A DNA stretch of 64,000 bases from Eutreptiella sp. 'Long Island Sound 2002' (GCA_964036045.1 OZ038379.1:11470001-11534000), one strand, 5' to 3'; counted from the stretch's first letter, positions 48,811 to 63,183 are shown. Made by a program: numbers and translations. Notes: generated from the letters alone by a model not told the origin.

Positions 48811-49835
48811 TCAAGATTGAATATTGGGACCGAGCTGGTGGGGGGGGGAACATTAGCTATGACTGGTGAGGGACATCAAGAATGATTCACACATTGATGG
48901 CTCTTGAAAAGTGAAATCAGCTTGCAAGTGAACCCCATCACCACGAGGCCCACTTTCAAGGCCTTTTGGACTTCTGAGGGGCCAAAATGCCCCAAAATGG
49001 GCTCAAAATGGGCTCATTTCACCCGTTGGTGCACCCCAAATGGTCTAGGATGAGGTTTGGAAAACTGCGTTTTTGACCCATTTTTGACCCATTTTTGGTC
49101 CCAAAACAGCCCATTTTCAAGGCATTTTGGGATTTTCGGAGGACCAAAATGGGCCACCACAGGCTCAAAACGGTCCAAAAACACTTGTTTTAGCGTCGCA
49201 CATGGTGTAGGATCATTTTTGAGAAAAGTCATCCTTTTGCCCCTATTGGACCCTGTTGACCCATTTGGGCACCCATGTGTTTGGGCTTGAGCTTGCAGCT
49301 TGTTGCAGCCTAGTGGGCCTAGGTATGGGGGCCTAGGCGTCCGTTTGGGCAATTCTGAGGGGCGGAAACCACAAAAAGCGGGGGGTTGCGGGTGGAGTAG
49401 GTGCCCTCGGAATTGCATTTTGAGCCATGTAGCCAAAGATATGGCCTATTCTTGGTTTGTGGCTGTCGGCATTTGGAGCTTCTGGGGGCCTTTTTGGGCC
49501 GTTTCTCAGACATATCATGGAGCTAGAGGGCCGCAAAGAGCTCGTTGACACGGGGAAGTCAAGACTCACGTGGAGTGCACCCACCGTTTCCCTTCGTTTG
49601 GCCGTTTTGAATGTGTTCCAGGGCTTTTTTGGCCCAAAAATGACTATTTTTGGCCCTAAAGTGCAGTTTTTGAAACTGAGGTCCGCCACTTGCGGATCCC
49701 GTTCCCGGCCACCACCGTTGAGTTTCTTGCTCAAACTTTGTGTGATTGTACTTCACACCCATAGGTATCATGCACCAAAATTTCACTCAAATCCAAAGCA
49801 CCACGACGGAGTTCTGATTTTTTCCCATTTCGCGC

Positions 49836-49897
49836 GTGCTGCTTGCTTGTTGCTTGCTGCTTGCTGCTTGCTTGCTGCTTGCTTGCTGCTTGCTTGC
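49836..49897. repeat. (GCTT/GCT)n microsatellite terminating a common interspersed repeat (~49000-49830)
   Basis: Directly visible. The upstream block shares motifs with ~40790-41180. Confidence 0.75.
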
Positions 49898-52800
49898 TAA
49901 ACCTGGTAGGTCCACCCTAGACACTAAAAAGGGTTATAAAACCAAGACTGGTTCCACCAGCTCGGTGACCCTTACCCTAACCCTACTGGACACTGACCCA
50001 ATCCTAACAATGGTGCCACTTTGTAGGGGGCTTGTCAGCGCTTGCTCGTGTGAAGCATTCTCCTGGCCCAACTGCCTGACACACGCAAAGTCATATCAAT
50101 GCCGCAATTTTCAGCACCAATCAAGTCAGAAGTCCCAGGCCTTTCAGCCCCCCTCCCCCCCCCCTGCCCAGACGGTGCTGCCAATTTCGGGTGTAGGCAT
50201 GTAGACTTCGCTTTGGGGCTGACCAGTACATTCATCCTGATTCTGGTGTTCTGGCAAAACATTTCATGTGCCAACAGCTCCACAATGACCCACAGTTTTG
50301 GGTCCATCTGCATCATTGATCTGTGGTCGTGTGAGGTCGGCCCACATCTGATCTGTTTGATGATCAGTATCTCCTTATTGGCTGTCTCCCGCTTCTGCAT
50401 GGAACAGCACAAAGCCTGTGGTGCAGCACCATAGTGCTCTCCGTCCCGTCATGTATGAGGGGATCGATGAGCGCTCCACATGATGGCTCCGCAGTATGCA
50501 TGCATTGTCTGTGGTATTGTAGTCAACCACTGGGTTGAAAGTTCTGCAGAGGGGTCTAATTTCTTAACCCATTTGCTGGACAGTGCAGCCTTATTCTACA
50601 TGTGATGTAATAATTTTACAGAATGCCATGAGACCCAACTGTTGTGTGGGAATACGGGCAGTCTACGTGGCCTCACAGTCTGCATGCATCGTCTGTGGTG
50701 TTGGCCAACCACTGTTTTGAAAGCTCTGATTTCTCGACCCACTTACTGGACAGTGCAGTTTTTTTTCCACATACGGTGTATCAATATCACATTTCCCTGA
50801 GTACCCATTATGCTAGCAAATTGTATTTGCCTGTGATGCATTGATTTTATTGATATTGGCTGATGCTGGTTGTTAATGGTGTTCCCGAGCGCCACTGGAT
50901 ATGGAGTTTGTCTTTTTGGCTTGAAACATTTTCGATCCATGATGGATGGCTCAGCGCCTGGCAGAGCTGCCAATTGTCAGCGGTAAATAGACAGGGAGTG
51001 GCGACAGGTCAGTATGCAGGGGAGACAGCACACGCCTCGCCAACACATTTGCCTATGTGCAGGGACCTGATGGCAAGATAGAGGTATCCTATGTACATAG
51101 CAGGCAAGCCAGAGTTTGTGGCTGACAAACACGGCCATCTCAAGAACATGGAGCTACATTGGAGAGCTGTGCATTGAGTACAGCTGTGAAAGCTGCCGAA
51201 CATTGCTGCATATGCATACCAGGACGTGCATGTGTGGAGTGCTCTTTGACCTGTGTGCGGCCAACACATTTAAAACACATCACTTTTGTCATTTGATGAA
51301 GCAGTGTTGGATCAGTCTAGCACAGCACAACCCTATAGAGCATGTGTAACCTTTTATTTCTCACAAAACAGTGATTGCATGAATCAAATCAGCACATGCA
51401 TCTACAACCACATGCACATTAGAAAAATTGGCTACCATGTGTTTTTTTTTGGGTTTTTTTGCAGATGGAATGCTTTTAGATTTGTTTGATGGACAGAAAA
51501 TGGTGCATGTAGAATCATTCTTTGTTAATGTTTAATATTTTGTTAATATTTAAGAAAGACACCAAAGCACCCAGGGCAGCGTATTTGACACACCACCAAA
51601 GGACAGCCGAGGACATCAATCAGAAATTTTGATGCAAGAAATGGTAAAAAACCATCATGGCCCAAGATACCCACAGTGGGTTTTTTTTGTCAAGCTGGAT
51701 ATTGGTTTTCACAAACGGCAAACAGTACATTATCGTGATACAACAAATGCATGTACACGTTTTCCACCTAATGGCATAGCCCACAGCGATATGGTAGGGG
51801 AATTTAGGGCATATTCCAAAAAGATGTTGACCAAAAAGAAGTTGAGGGGGATGCTTTTGGTTTGTTAGGACGGGAGGTCAAGAGTTGAAGGGAGGAGCGG
51901 GCTTTACCGGGCAAAAGGCAGTTGCAGAGGTACAAAGCAACACAGAAACAATTCAAGCATATCCACACATTTTTCTTGGAAAACCATTTCAACAACTGTC
52001 AAGGAGCTAACTCTTTTCCTACGCACACGACAATTTACATCTCTGCTTTTGCAGTGATTTGTGTTCATGCATATCTTGGTTCTCTCATTTCCGTTTTCAA
52101 TGGTCAAACCGTCCATTGTTGTGCAAGGTACCGGGCCAGTGTTCGCAACATTGTCCACCACCCCAAATGCTTTCTACACCGTTCCCTGGACCCAATAACC
52201 AATGTTTTGCAATGTTACAATGCCGAACACCTCAAACAAATGCGATTGCATGTTTGGACTTTTTTTCTTCATCAAAACTGACACAGGATAGGGGACCGTT
52301 GCATCACTAGGTGACAGAAGCAACTGCGACCGAATTCTCATTCCAAATGTTCTCGTTCGGCAACCTACTCCCGTATTATCTCCAAATATTCCTTATTTGC
52401 AACACAAATGCACACTAAAGTCTGCACACATCTACACACTTTAACGAGACTTTGTTAGCAACTATTAGAAATATCCCCATCCATCTATAGCACTTCCTTT
52501 CCCGCACCAATTTCTCTTTTCCAACAGAAACAACATTAACACATCCTCACAACCAACACCTCTACTCAGCAAGGTCCATAGTATAAAAGAAAAAAAAACA
52601 TTGAAACACCAAGCCCTAAAGCCCCTTGCCAAGGCACCCACCGCATCTACCCACCAACCCCTGCCACCAAAGGACACAAGACGCAAACTCCCAACCCTTC
52701 AAAATAGAAGCAACCTAAGCTCTACTTGTGACAGGCAAGTTTCCGCCTCAAACTAATTTTATAGGAACTTTGGGGGTTTTCTCCTTTTCTTTCTCGAAAC

Positions 52801-54162
52801 ATGATCTCTTGTTCATCTTGCACATACCCCACCAAAGTCATCCCTCCCACCCCTTCTGCCGCCACCATGTACCTAAAATTTTTGGACCATTTTATTTTCT
52901 GCGCTCAATAAAAATAGGAAGCCGATGGCATGACAACCCACACCATTCAAAAGATTGTTGCTATGTTGCAGGGTCTAATCCATTGAGTTGCCATACATAT
53001 GGTTGTTGTCCTTGATGAAGTTTAGCTCGCCATGACCACTTTTACACCCCTACTAAGGTTGCTTTCGTGTTGTGCACCCCAAAAAGTTACGCCCATGCAT
53101 CACAAATCAAAGAAACGGCCCACAAAAATGTATACAATGTATCACCGAAAAGCACTTATGCACACCAAAAAAAATTAAGGAACAATAGCCTGGACGGATA
53201 CAGCTACAATCTAACTACCCGCATTATTTCAATAATTTTTTCCGTATTAGTCATGAACTTGAGTTGCAACAATGTCCGGAGGGCGGGGGGATGAGTTGAA
53301 GGATGAAGGGGGTGCGAATGCCGGACCGATGTTTTTCATCGAAAAGGCAAGAAGAGTGCAGATGAGCCCCGTTGAGGCTGATCGAACCGTGCAATCATTC
53401 TTGCCGGTCCAATATTCGGCATTTGTGATGACATACATAATCTTACCTCTATGACTTTGTAAGCTTAGTTTGGAATCTTATGACGATAGCATTTTGAACT
53501 ATGCTGTCTGAATACGCTAAGTAGTGCAAGTGGCTCGGCTGTTCATTTGTCCCAAATCTAGCGTATGGCCTGTGAGGCCCGGAGCAGTTCTGAAAACCTA
53601 ACTTCTTTGCCTTTGGCGCATATATTGAAAGAGATCTTAAATCCGTATCAAGCTACGTGACAATAGAGAATCAGAAAGGCGCCTTTTCCAAAGTTTCACA
53701 AAGACCCAAAATGGTCAAAGCCATAGACAAAGAGGGTAGCATGATGCATCCATGGGACAGAAATTGTTATGCTTTCAATGATTGTTTTTGTGTTGATGTG
53801 CTTCTGCTTGTATCTTGCTGCTTGCCTGCTCCTCTTGTTTTTGCGTACTTTGGAAACCAGGGAAAAGACCCAATCCACGGTCCGAGTACGGCACAATTCA
53901 GGATCTTATACTCCAGACATGAAGGGCTGCAGTCAAAGGGAAATACATGTACAAAGTATTCACAACAATGGATCAAACTGTGACTGCCTATTAGAAAAGA
54001 TAGGTAGAAAACAAACAAATCAACATAGAAAACTGCCCTCATGGGTATCCTCTCTGAGGCAGGGTCAGTGTAGCCTTTGTTTTTGGTCCGTTAGGTGCTG
54101 AGGTGGCATAGCTTGTGGCACTGAGGTCACTGCCATGTCACTTGCGATCTTCCTACTTAGCT

Positions 54163-54240
54163 AGGCTGGCTGGGAATTGAACCTAGGACCTATCCAAAAG
54201 AGGTACCACAGCCCTCTAGGATGCACACCACTAGGATAAG
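54163..54240 (-). other. tRNA-derived Pol III remnant (tRNA pseudogene or SINE head)
   Basis: Minus strand shows a box A-like TCCTAGTGGT (54227-54236) and a perfect box B GGTTCAATTCC (54173-54183). No convincing cloverleaf by eye. Confidence 0.5.
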
Positions 54241-57200
54241 TAGGCATTCATGAAAAAATAGATAAAAATTTATATGCTCTGAGCCAGAGCAGTGCCTCAG
54301 TAATCTCAGGGTCCTATGATAAAATCAAAATAGTTGGAGGGTTAGGGGTCCAGTATTTGGTCCTCACAACATCCATTGATTAGTGCTTGGTTTTATAGGT
54401 GAAAATGCATTATCCTCATTTTGGTGGGGCCAATGCTAAGATAAAAATGTGATATGCCTCTGTTAAAACTCAAAAAACAAGCAAGAAAAAGATGAAGCGC
54501 AGGAGCGGCGGCGGCGACGAGCAAGGCCAGAACACGATCTCGAAATTCAAATAGGTCCAGAATCATCAACAAAGGGCTGCATAGTTATAATAATATGGAA
54601 AAAATGACATAACAACAAATGAATCGACCTCATACCACATGCACCATGATTTCATCTTGTTATACATCTTGATGTGTCGGTTGACTTGGGTAGGAATTAC
54701 CCATGAATGCCTGGCAATAGTTGCCACCTATAGGAGTGCACATGTGCTCCACTAGGGCCTGTCCATCTACCATGTATCATATCATGTGCATGCTTGTATG
54801 ATATTGTCATGTCATGTATGTATTGCCATTCCATTCCCATATATGCATCCATTTCTATGCATGCCCTCCACTCACCATTGGCATGAGCAACATTGCTCCA
54901 CATTTGCCATATATCTCTCACATCAACAGCCTCAAGGCATCTTTAATACAACTAAAGCTATCCCCAAAGGCATTGAAATACACTTTTTCTTACTGAGATC
55001 TTACCCTAGCTTGCAACTCACAAGTTATTACTCGGCCAATAGGGGTCATGGTGTGCTCCAAAAAGCAGCCTTTCTACGAAATGCCGAAAATCTCACGCCG
55101 TGACCCAAGGATGAGCGGGTTGACAACTAGTTTGGCAACAACATCCTATACTGCAAGGTTGGCATAATGCCCGGCGGTCAAAAAGGGTTGCATGTTGCTG
55201 GGTACTCGGCCGTATTGGTCAAAACAATGTGCGAGCTGCGCTGGTGGTTGGGTTGGTGATACACATCTCTTTGCGCTAAACTTGTCCTTCGGAATGCAAA
55301 AAATAGAGAGATGTTTTGTAGAACACATTCAATTGCCCCTTATCAAAGACACCAATTTGGACCATCGCCGGAAACCGTCCAATGCAGCGCAGGTTTAACA
55401 CTTGTACTGTTTTCAGAAGTGCTTCTGTTTAGAACATAAGCTACGATTGCAGCATTCACCAACACATGATGTCTGTTCAACACATCTTTACATACAAAGA
55501 TTGGACATATCTCCGCACTTTTCCCTTTGTGTAGCATGTAACCTACCTTTTTGTACCACATGCAGAAGGTTCTCTAAACATGAATCAAGCCTTACCATGC
55601 TCCAATGGAGAGCACAGACTCACACATGAAATTCTTTTGGCCATTGCGTGTAGACCTCCAACGAGTTTTTGTTTCGTAGTAAGTTAACTTATGTCTGCCA
55701 AAAACTTTGTCACCTAAGTATGATCCTTTGTGATAACATTTGGTGGCGGCAGCTTGTGTGTTAACACCATGACATTTATAGGCTGCATGTTTTTGTACAA
55801 ATTGTCCTTCCACTCATCAAAACAGGATTTGGCTCCATGATATCGCTCCATACAATTGTCCATATTGCACAAACATGCATTTTGGAATGCAAAAAAAAAA
55901 ATAAGGATTGTACTTCTTGGAAATCTCTTGCCAAATGCAAATTTTACTCAACTACATTGTGCATAATTGGATATGCGAATTTGCAACACATGTATACTGA
56001 GATCATGTCTCTTATTTTACGGAACTACTTATCTTATCTTTACAAAAAACAACCAGTTTTGCTGATTCATGTTCCCTTTGCTCTCTGCCTCCATGCTATC
56101 CATGCGGGGGCTCCCATTGAGAAGCCATTTATTTGCTCCCTACTACCAAAAGCTTCAAACTTTCCACAAAGCAGACTTGACACGCAACTGTAGAAGGGTA
56201 AGCAAGGTGCTGTCCCAGACTATGAAACCCTGCCCTAACCCCATACCCAACACCGGTGCAAACCACATCCCAAACCATGTCAGTAATCCTGGTGCCAAAC
56301 TAGGCTGAGTCCCTGTCCCAAACCCAATCCGGAATCCCATTGGAAACCCTTCTGCAAACACATCCACACAGCCCTCTCAGCAACCCCGTCCAAAGCCCCA
56401 GACCAATCCCTTGCCCAAACCTTTGCCAATCCCTATACCAACCCCTTCACTGGCCCCACCCCCTGGCTGTAATCCCGAACCGTGGCCTGGACCCTGTCAG
56501 GAAACCCCCAAATCCTGTCCACAAGCTTGTCCCAAGCCTCTACCCCATCCCTTTCCCAAACTGTATGCATTCCCCTGCAGGGCACTCCTCTAGCACCAAG
56601 TCCACCCTAGCAGATGATTCCAAGGCCTGATAGAATGGTACAATCACCCTTGCCAAGCGACAATTATAATCCGTTCCAGCAGCACAGGCCATAAATCCTA
56701 CATCAACTGACAGTTCCCCTTTCCCCCGTGTCCCGCTCCTTGTTGTGCCAAGATCAGCTTAGGTGGGCGCATCAGCTGGTCAGTGAACTTTTCTGACACA
56801 CCAATGATACTCTCGCGTTGGACTCTGTGGCGCCATGTGACATGTCAGGCAGGACCTGCAATCTGTTGGAAGGATTTCTGTGGCCTCAGAAACGAGTGAA
56901 CTATCATACTTGTCAACAAAGACGCGGACACACGCCATGGTAGTAAAATGGGCCCAAGTGTCATCAACCATGGGACAACCCATAGACATCTTCCCACTCC
57001 AGACTGAGTGGAGCAAAGTTCTTCGTGGGATGTCGGCCCAAGTGTGACCAAGCATGCAGGAAATGGAGAAGCATACGTTGGAGGTTGTTGCTGGTCGAGC
57101 ATGAGGATGCCATGGAGACACAGAGTTGCGCAACGTGCGTGCACCTCAGCGCTGGGGATGGCCTCAGGAATGTCTGTGCCACTGCTCACAATTGCCTCTT

Positions 57201-58023
57201 GTTTCCTTCGGCCTCTTGTTTCCAAATGCAGCCTGGGGCTGGAGACCTTCCCCCCTTCGTCGCTGTGTGTGCGTGTGGATCCTCCACCAGCACCACTGAT
57301 ATCCGCGCACTGCACTGCACTATGTGTGTGTGGGGGGGGGGGGGGGTCTAGTGTCCGGCAGGGGGACTGAGTTCTGGTAGGCATTAGTGCCACGGGCCAC
57401 TCAGTAAAATCTGCTGCTATCGAGAGCTCATAGTGATGTGCACCGTGGACATGACCCCTGTAGTGCCATGAAGGCCCCAGCAGGCCCAGAGCGAGTGAAT
57501 AGTGGGCCCTATGCTGAAGCAACACAAATGCTGCTGAAGGGCCCGCAGAGCCGCCGGGAGAGCACCCCAGTTGAAGATGTGGCGCAGCCCCAGAAGGTAT
57601 TCAGGAGTTTGGGCGACAGAAGCGGAAAGCCACTGTCCTGATGCAGAACACATGCGCTTGTGGCATAACGCCGCGTGAGTGTTACGCGCGTCAGATATAA
57701 GTCTCTTGAGACGCTTTGTTGTGCACACCTTCCATCGGGATCGTTGGAGCATTGGGGTCTAAAGGGTCTGTTGCCACTGCAATTAAGCCGTTCAGAGCAA
57801 GCTGTCCGACAGTCTGGTGGGGGCCCGGCCCGCATCTGACTCAAATTGAGTAGGATCCACCCACGTCCGATACGAGTCTCAGTATCACCCACCCGCATCG
57901 GATCTCAGACTCAGGATGATCTGCCCACATCCAATCTGTGGCCCCGGAGGAGGGATCCCCACGCCCTGGAGTTGCTGGACACGGCAGATTTGCCAGGGAA
58001 GCCTCAGTGCCCCCCCGCAATGC

Positions 58024-58392
58024 TTACTCCACAATCTCCAGCAGCTCTACGTCAAAGATCAGTGTGCTGAAAGGCAGGATCACGTCCCCTGCACCGCGCT
58101 CCCCGTACGCCAAGTCCGAGGGGATGTACAGCCGCCACGTGGCGCCAACCTGCATCAGACACAGGGCCTCCGTCCAGCCCTTGATCACCCGGTCCACCTG
58201 AAACGTCATGGGCTCGCCCCGTTTGTAGGAGCTGTCGAACTCGGTGCCGTCGATGAGGGTGCCCTTGTAGTGGGCCTTGATGGTGCTCGTGGCCCCAGGG
58301 GTCGCCCCGGTGCCGGTCTGCAGGACCTCGAACTGCAGCCCGGAGGCGGTGGTGGCCACCCCTTCCCGAGCACCATTGATCCTCAGGAAGTC
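58024..58392 (-). CDS. FKBP-type peptidyl-prolyl isomerase, exon 2 (catalytic domain)
   Basis: ccggcAG|GAC acceptor. [40 protein letters not shown] and TLIFDVELL; TAA at 58024-58026; 123 codons. Confidence 0.93.
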   Translation of the reverse strand, partial: DFLRINGAREGVATTASGLQFEVLQTGTGATPGATSTIKAHYKGTLIDGTEFDSSYKRGEPMTFQVDRVIKGWTEALCLMQVGATWRLYIPSDLAYGERGAGDVILPFSTLIFDVELLEIVE

Positions 58393-58409
58393 CTGCCGGA
58401 GGCGTTGGG

Positions 58410-58650
58410 CAGGTGGAGCGGGTGGGCACTTCTGGAGGGGCTGCGGTTGAGGGGGAGGGAGGCTGAAGGGGAGTTTAAAAAGGGGCCTGCCGGTGCGGTT
58501 ACTGGCGGTTGGAAGGCAGTTTCAGTAGCCGTGCTGGCGGTTGCAAAACGATTGGAGGGCATTTGGGGGCAGTCAGAAGTGGTTGGGGCGGAACTGACGA
58601 TCATCACCGAATGGGGGGATGGGGGGGACAACACCCCCTTCAAGCGCAGG
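58410..58650. repeat. GC-rich interspersed repeat in the FKBP intron, related to ~44310-44560
   Basis: Shared GGCGGTTG(G/C)A...GCGGTTG..AGG.CA.TT and terminal CCC(C/T)TTCAAGCGCA motifs. Confidence 0.55.
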
Positions 58651-60343
58651 CCTGACTTCGGGGCATGAGTCCCCTCTGAGGACCACCCGCCGACATACGA
58701 GCGCACGACAGGGCATGTGTCTAACCATCAGTGTCAGACCCCCGGGTGCGGACTCTCGACCAGGGGGGTCTTTTGGAGTGTTCGGAGGCCGCGGCTTTAC
58801 TCCTGGCGCCGATGGAGTGCGACCTTCGAATCTTGAGATTCAAACCTGGAAACAAGGGCGCATGAGTCATGATGCAGTGCAGGTGTCTGCAGGGCCCTGT
58901 TGCCCTACCAACTTGAGAACCCCTGCCAGGAGTGAGGTGGGGTGCGGGCATCTGAAAAAGGCAACACTTGGAGTTGTTTGGGTGAAATAGCACTGGTCAG
59001 AAGGGGGTTTGCACCGGCCACTGTGCTTACTCTTACCACTCTTGCCGGGCTGCCCCCAGTTGCCCTTATATTTGCGGTGCTTGCGCTGCACCGCGTCAGA
59101 TGTCCCCCATGGGTGGCTACGAGATGAGACGAAGCCATGACTGCCAAAAACAAAAGGGCAAATGACCCCCTACAATGGCGAGGGGGCGTTCAGGGTATTG
59201 CAAGAGGAGGTACAACCTAATGACGGTGAGCTAAGCGAAGGTGTAGATGGAACCTTTGGTAGACTTACCATGTTGAACACCCTCACCTACCAAGAGATAC
59301 TGGATTGCTACCACTCAAAGGCACATCACTTCAAAAAAGAGTGGCAGGAGGGACAGTGCAAATTGGTGTGCGAAAGGCGCACTGTCGAAACCGCACTGTC
59401 AGAGTCTCGCAAGGGGGGGGGGGGGGGGTTGGCACAAGGCCTTGGTGGTTGGCTCTGTTAGGGGCCGCAAAGGGGGGGGGGGGGGTTCAACACAGAACCA
59501 CAACGTACAGGACCTACGGAAGGGGGGGCCACACACACAAAAAGACACCAGCATGCACAATGCACGGACAGGATCAAATGGGCCAAATTGCGGTTGAAAG
59601 CGCAAAATGCTGCCCAAACACCCTGCAACCAACCAAAAACCACCGAACCAGCTACAGCTCAAGACCTGTGAGCTCCCTGAAATGCCTCCTCTTTACGGGC
59701 TTCCCTCCCTACAAGCAGTAACTGTCGGGTTCCGGAGAGAGTTGGGGGGTTGGGGGTGGGGCCCCAAAAAATAATTTTCTGTTGACGACATTTTTGACTT
59801 CGCCGTTTTGCTCTGAGCATTGTGAATACACACACGTTGGGGAGTAAAATCCCATTTTTCCATTCTCCACCTGCCACACCTTCGTCAGCTCTGTTGCCCC
59901 ACAGGCCTGTGCCACGCCCGTGCCGTCTGTGGCATGTCTGACGCACTCCCCTCCCCCGCCCCATTGGCACCTGCTGTTGCCCACGGGTGCAGGTTGGGGG
60001 GTCTTTGAGGGGTGGGGATCCGGCCCCACACGTGATACCCCCCCTGTGGGTTAGACGTCAGGTGGTTGGAAGAGGATGGGGATGGGGGCTGCTTGAAGGC
60101 CAAGGGGCCTCCTGTGTGCCATGATGTTTTTTAATTAAGACAAAAAAAAACTCGGGCTGTTCAGTAGCCAGCTTATTATTTGGGGATACAATTGGACAGC
60201 ACTTGAAAGGCAAACAACGCCGGTTGGAGGAAAACCGACGGCAGTTGAAGATTCACCGAAGGTGGTAACTGACGGCAGAGGTCGGCGTTTGTTAACATCA
60301 AAAACAACACAAAAAGCCTTGCCGTGTGCACCGGATTTGTCAC

Positions 60344-60664
60344 CTCTTCGGGCTGCTTCTTCTCAGCATCAGCCTCGCGCATGGCCTGCTGCACCTTAGT
60401 CAACGCTGCCCGGAGCGTCTCCACTTCCACCTGTGTTGTACGACCGTGCAAACCATCGGAGATCCCCTCGTACAAAGCAGTCTCGTCCACGCCCTTGAAT
60501 GAGGTGTTGGCCAGATCGACCCCAATCTTCAGCCCCAGTCCATAACTGGCCTTGGACTCGGTGGTCGGGAACTTTGTGGTGCCATTGTCGGTGGTGTAGC
60601 TAGCCCGCGTGATGAGCTTCGCGGCGGCCCTGTAGGGCCTCCAAGAGAAACGGGTACCAATCAT
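60344..60664 (-). CDS. FKBP (FklB/Mip-like), exon 1: targeting peptide plus FKBP_N dimerisation domain
   Basis: ATG 60664, MIGTRFSWRPYRAAAKLITRASY (Arg-rich, no acidic residues), then KASYGLGLKIG. 321 nt, phase 0 donor GAG|GTGAC. The spliced product is 229 aa. Confidence 0.85.
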
Positions 60665-63094
60665 AAGTGACGCCTGTACCCCCAGGAGGAAGACAGCTGC
60701 GACAAACAAAGCAGAGGGGGCTGTACAGGACGCTTTTTCATCGAAACAACATCAAATCAGGCGATCCAGTCACCGCCTCATTAGGTACACAATTGGACAG
60801 GGGTATCCAATAGCAGTAAGAAGGTACCCGATAGCGGTTGGAGGTCGGCGTTGTTTTTTTTTTCTTCCAGAAATCGTTCACTAACAAATGCCCTGGGCTG
60901 CGCGCTGGGATCTCAAGGGGGCACTATGATATGAGGGGTGAGCGATGCACTGGTGTTGGTCAACAGGCACCGCCCCAGCAGACATGCCTTGCAGAGTTGC
61001 ACACTGTGCGCTTGGCTGACAACGAATTCACGCTCTGGATACGTTCTAGCAGAACGAAGCCTACTAGCATCCGGCATGATTGTTGTTTGACGCCTCACTT
61101 GTTTTTTTCCGGTACACTCAAGACTGAATTTCGACCAGTGCCTGCAAGAAACTCAGTTTTGTGAGGAATGGTTCCGCCGTACGTGCCACTCAGTAATATC
61201 CACGACTGTCACACCCCGAACTGAGTACGAAACAGCTGATCTATGCAGCAACTTTTCATTTCTCCCCATCTCGGGGACTCCAAGACAGCAGGGGTTATGT
61301 AGCCACTTTTGATTCCAGCCCACTTTGGGGATCCTAGGACGGCAGCAGATATGAAGGCTCTTTGGACCCGGAGAAAGTTGGGGGTCTGCCACCACTGTTG
61401 ATTTCCCCCCATTTTGGGGACCTCGAGACGGCAAGGGTCATGTCTCTTTGATTCCTGCCTAATTTAGGGACTCAGAAACAGCAGCAGTTCTGCAACCACT
61501 TTTGATTTTTCCTCATTCTAGGGACTCCTAGATAGCAAGAGATATGTAGCCACTTGTGATTTCTCCCCAGTCTAGGGACCCCAAGACGGCAAGGGTTATG
61601 TACAGCAGGGGTTATGCAACCACTTGTGATTCTTCCCCATCTATGGACCTTGAGATGGGACAGGTTTTGGAGCCACGTTTGATTCCTCTGCATCTTGGGG
61701 ACCCCAAGCTGGCAGTAGTTATGCTACCACTCTTGATCTTTGTGATCCCTCCCTGCCATAAACACCCCAACACAGTAGGGGCTTTGTGGCACAAGGCTAT
61801 GCCGGCACAGCATGGTACTGGTGTTGGGGAACTCTTACAAGGCTGCTAGACTCTACCTTTCAATTCAATAGGATTGAATTGGATGGAGGGCCGTTTGCCT
61901 TCTTGAGTCACACCCGCTATCTACGCATGTCTCATTGGTATCACATTTGTTTGTTCTTTTTGTGCTTGCGGTGCTTTGCAACACCGCCACAATTTTATTT
62001 TGTTTGCACTCAAAAGCAATGCTTGCTAAGTCCACATTATGCCAATTGTGCATTAAAGGCGTGCACCATAAAGTGGTGTGGACCAAGTACATGGGAAACA
62101 AAGGTGGTGCGGACAGCTGGGGGGGGGGGGATTTTTTACCGGGTGGGATATTTTTTCGAAGCCCTAGGGGAGCGGGGGGGGGGTACAAAAAAAAGTTGGT
62201 CCTACAAAAAATTTTTTTTCTTCCCATGTCACACATCATCATTCCCACGTCAGCAATGCATGTTGTTCGCTCAATCGTGAACTTGTGCTGCAATGCATGC
62301 TATGGAAAAGGGGCCACCGATAGCTACATGTCACAAATGGCATGTAGGAGATGGGCTAGTACCTTGGATAGCCCATTAGGACTGCCAACTAGTGCCAAAG
62401 TCATGTCATGCCATGGATGGGAACACCATGATTATGTGTGTTGGGTGGCATTAACGTTAAGGGTTACAAAACCCCCTGAGTACTCTTAGCTACGTATCGT
62501 GTTGCAGCGCCCCACCCGGGTCTCTTGTCGGCCCCATGCACAGGGGCGAGAACCCGGGCAAGCAACTAGTGGACCCCGCGTGGGTACAATCCCGTCGTGG
62601 CCGTTCAATAGGTGCCCCATGTCTATTGTGGACCCCACGGCATCAATCTTCCCACCCGGCTGCTCCAATTTCTCTGCCACTATGTACGTGTCCATTGCCT
62701 TACAGCGCTAGTTGATGGACCTCATGTGGTTCGGATGGCTCGTCTTGGCCGTTCAATGGGTGCCCCATGTCCGTTGTGGACCCCACGATGCAAGCTCTAA
62801 TTAAACACTATCCAAAGGCCATTTGACTAGTGACTAGTAACTTGTTTATTTTGGTGAAAATTGGTTGTTTTTTTACCGTTTTTTTAAACAAATTGTTTGC
62901 AAAAATGATCATTCTGCAGCTGCTTGCCTCCTTATACCCATTCCTTTCATTGCAGGTTCATAGGACACAACTTTGTTCCATGTGGCTGGTACCATTGAGG
63001 TCTGTATAATTCTCTACTACATGTTTAGATATGTCTGTATGCCTTCAACTTTGGTACAAAACAAATCCCATGCTGTTTATTTTTGGATGCTCCC

Positions 63095-63183
63095 AATCCT
63101 TGTTTATTTATGGGACCTTCATTCAAATGTTTAATTTTGGGACCTTCATTCAAATGTTTATTTTTGGGACCTTCATTCAACTG
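63095..63183. repeat. 30-bp tandem repeat, about 3 copies
   Basis: GGGACCTTCATTCAAATGTTT.(A/T)TTTT. Confidence 0.8.

Noticed and set aside
55192-55398. GTRPYW...HLFALNLS, resembling the Helitron Rep N-terminal motif
   Set aside because: No HUH or helicase motifs follow, so this is a single weak match.
56780-56870. CLTCHM...YHWC, resembling a DHHC zinc finger
   Set aside because: The DHHC motif itself is absent and the frame closes.
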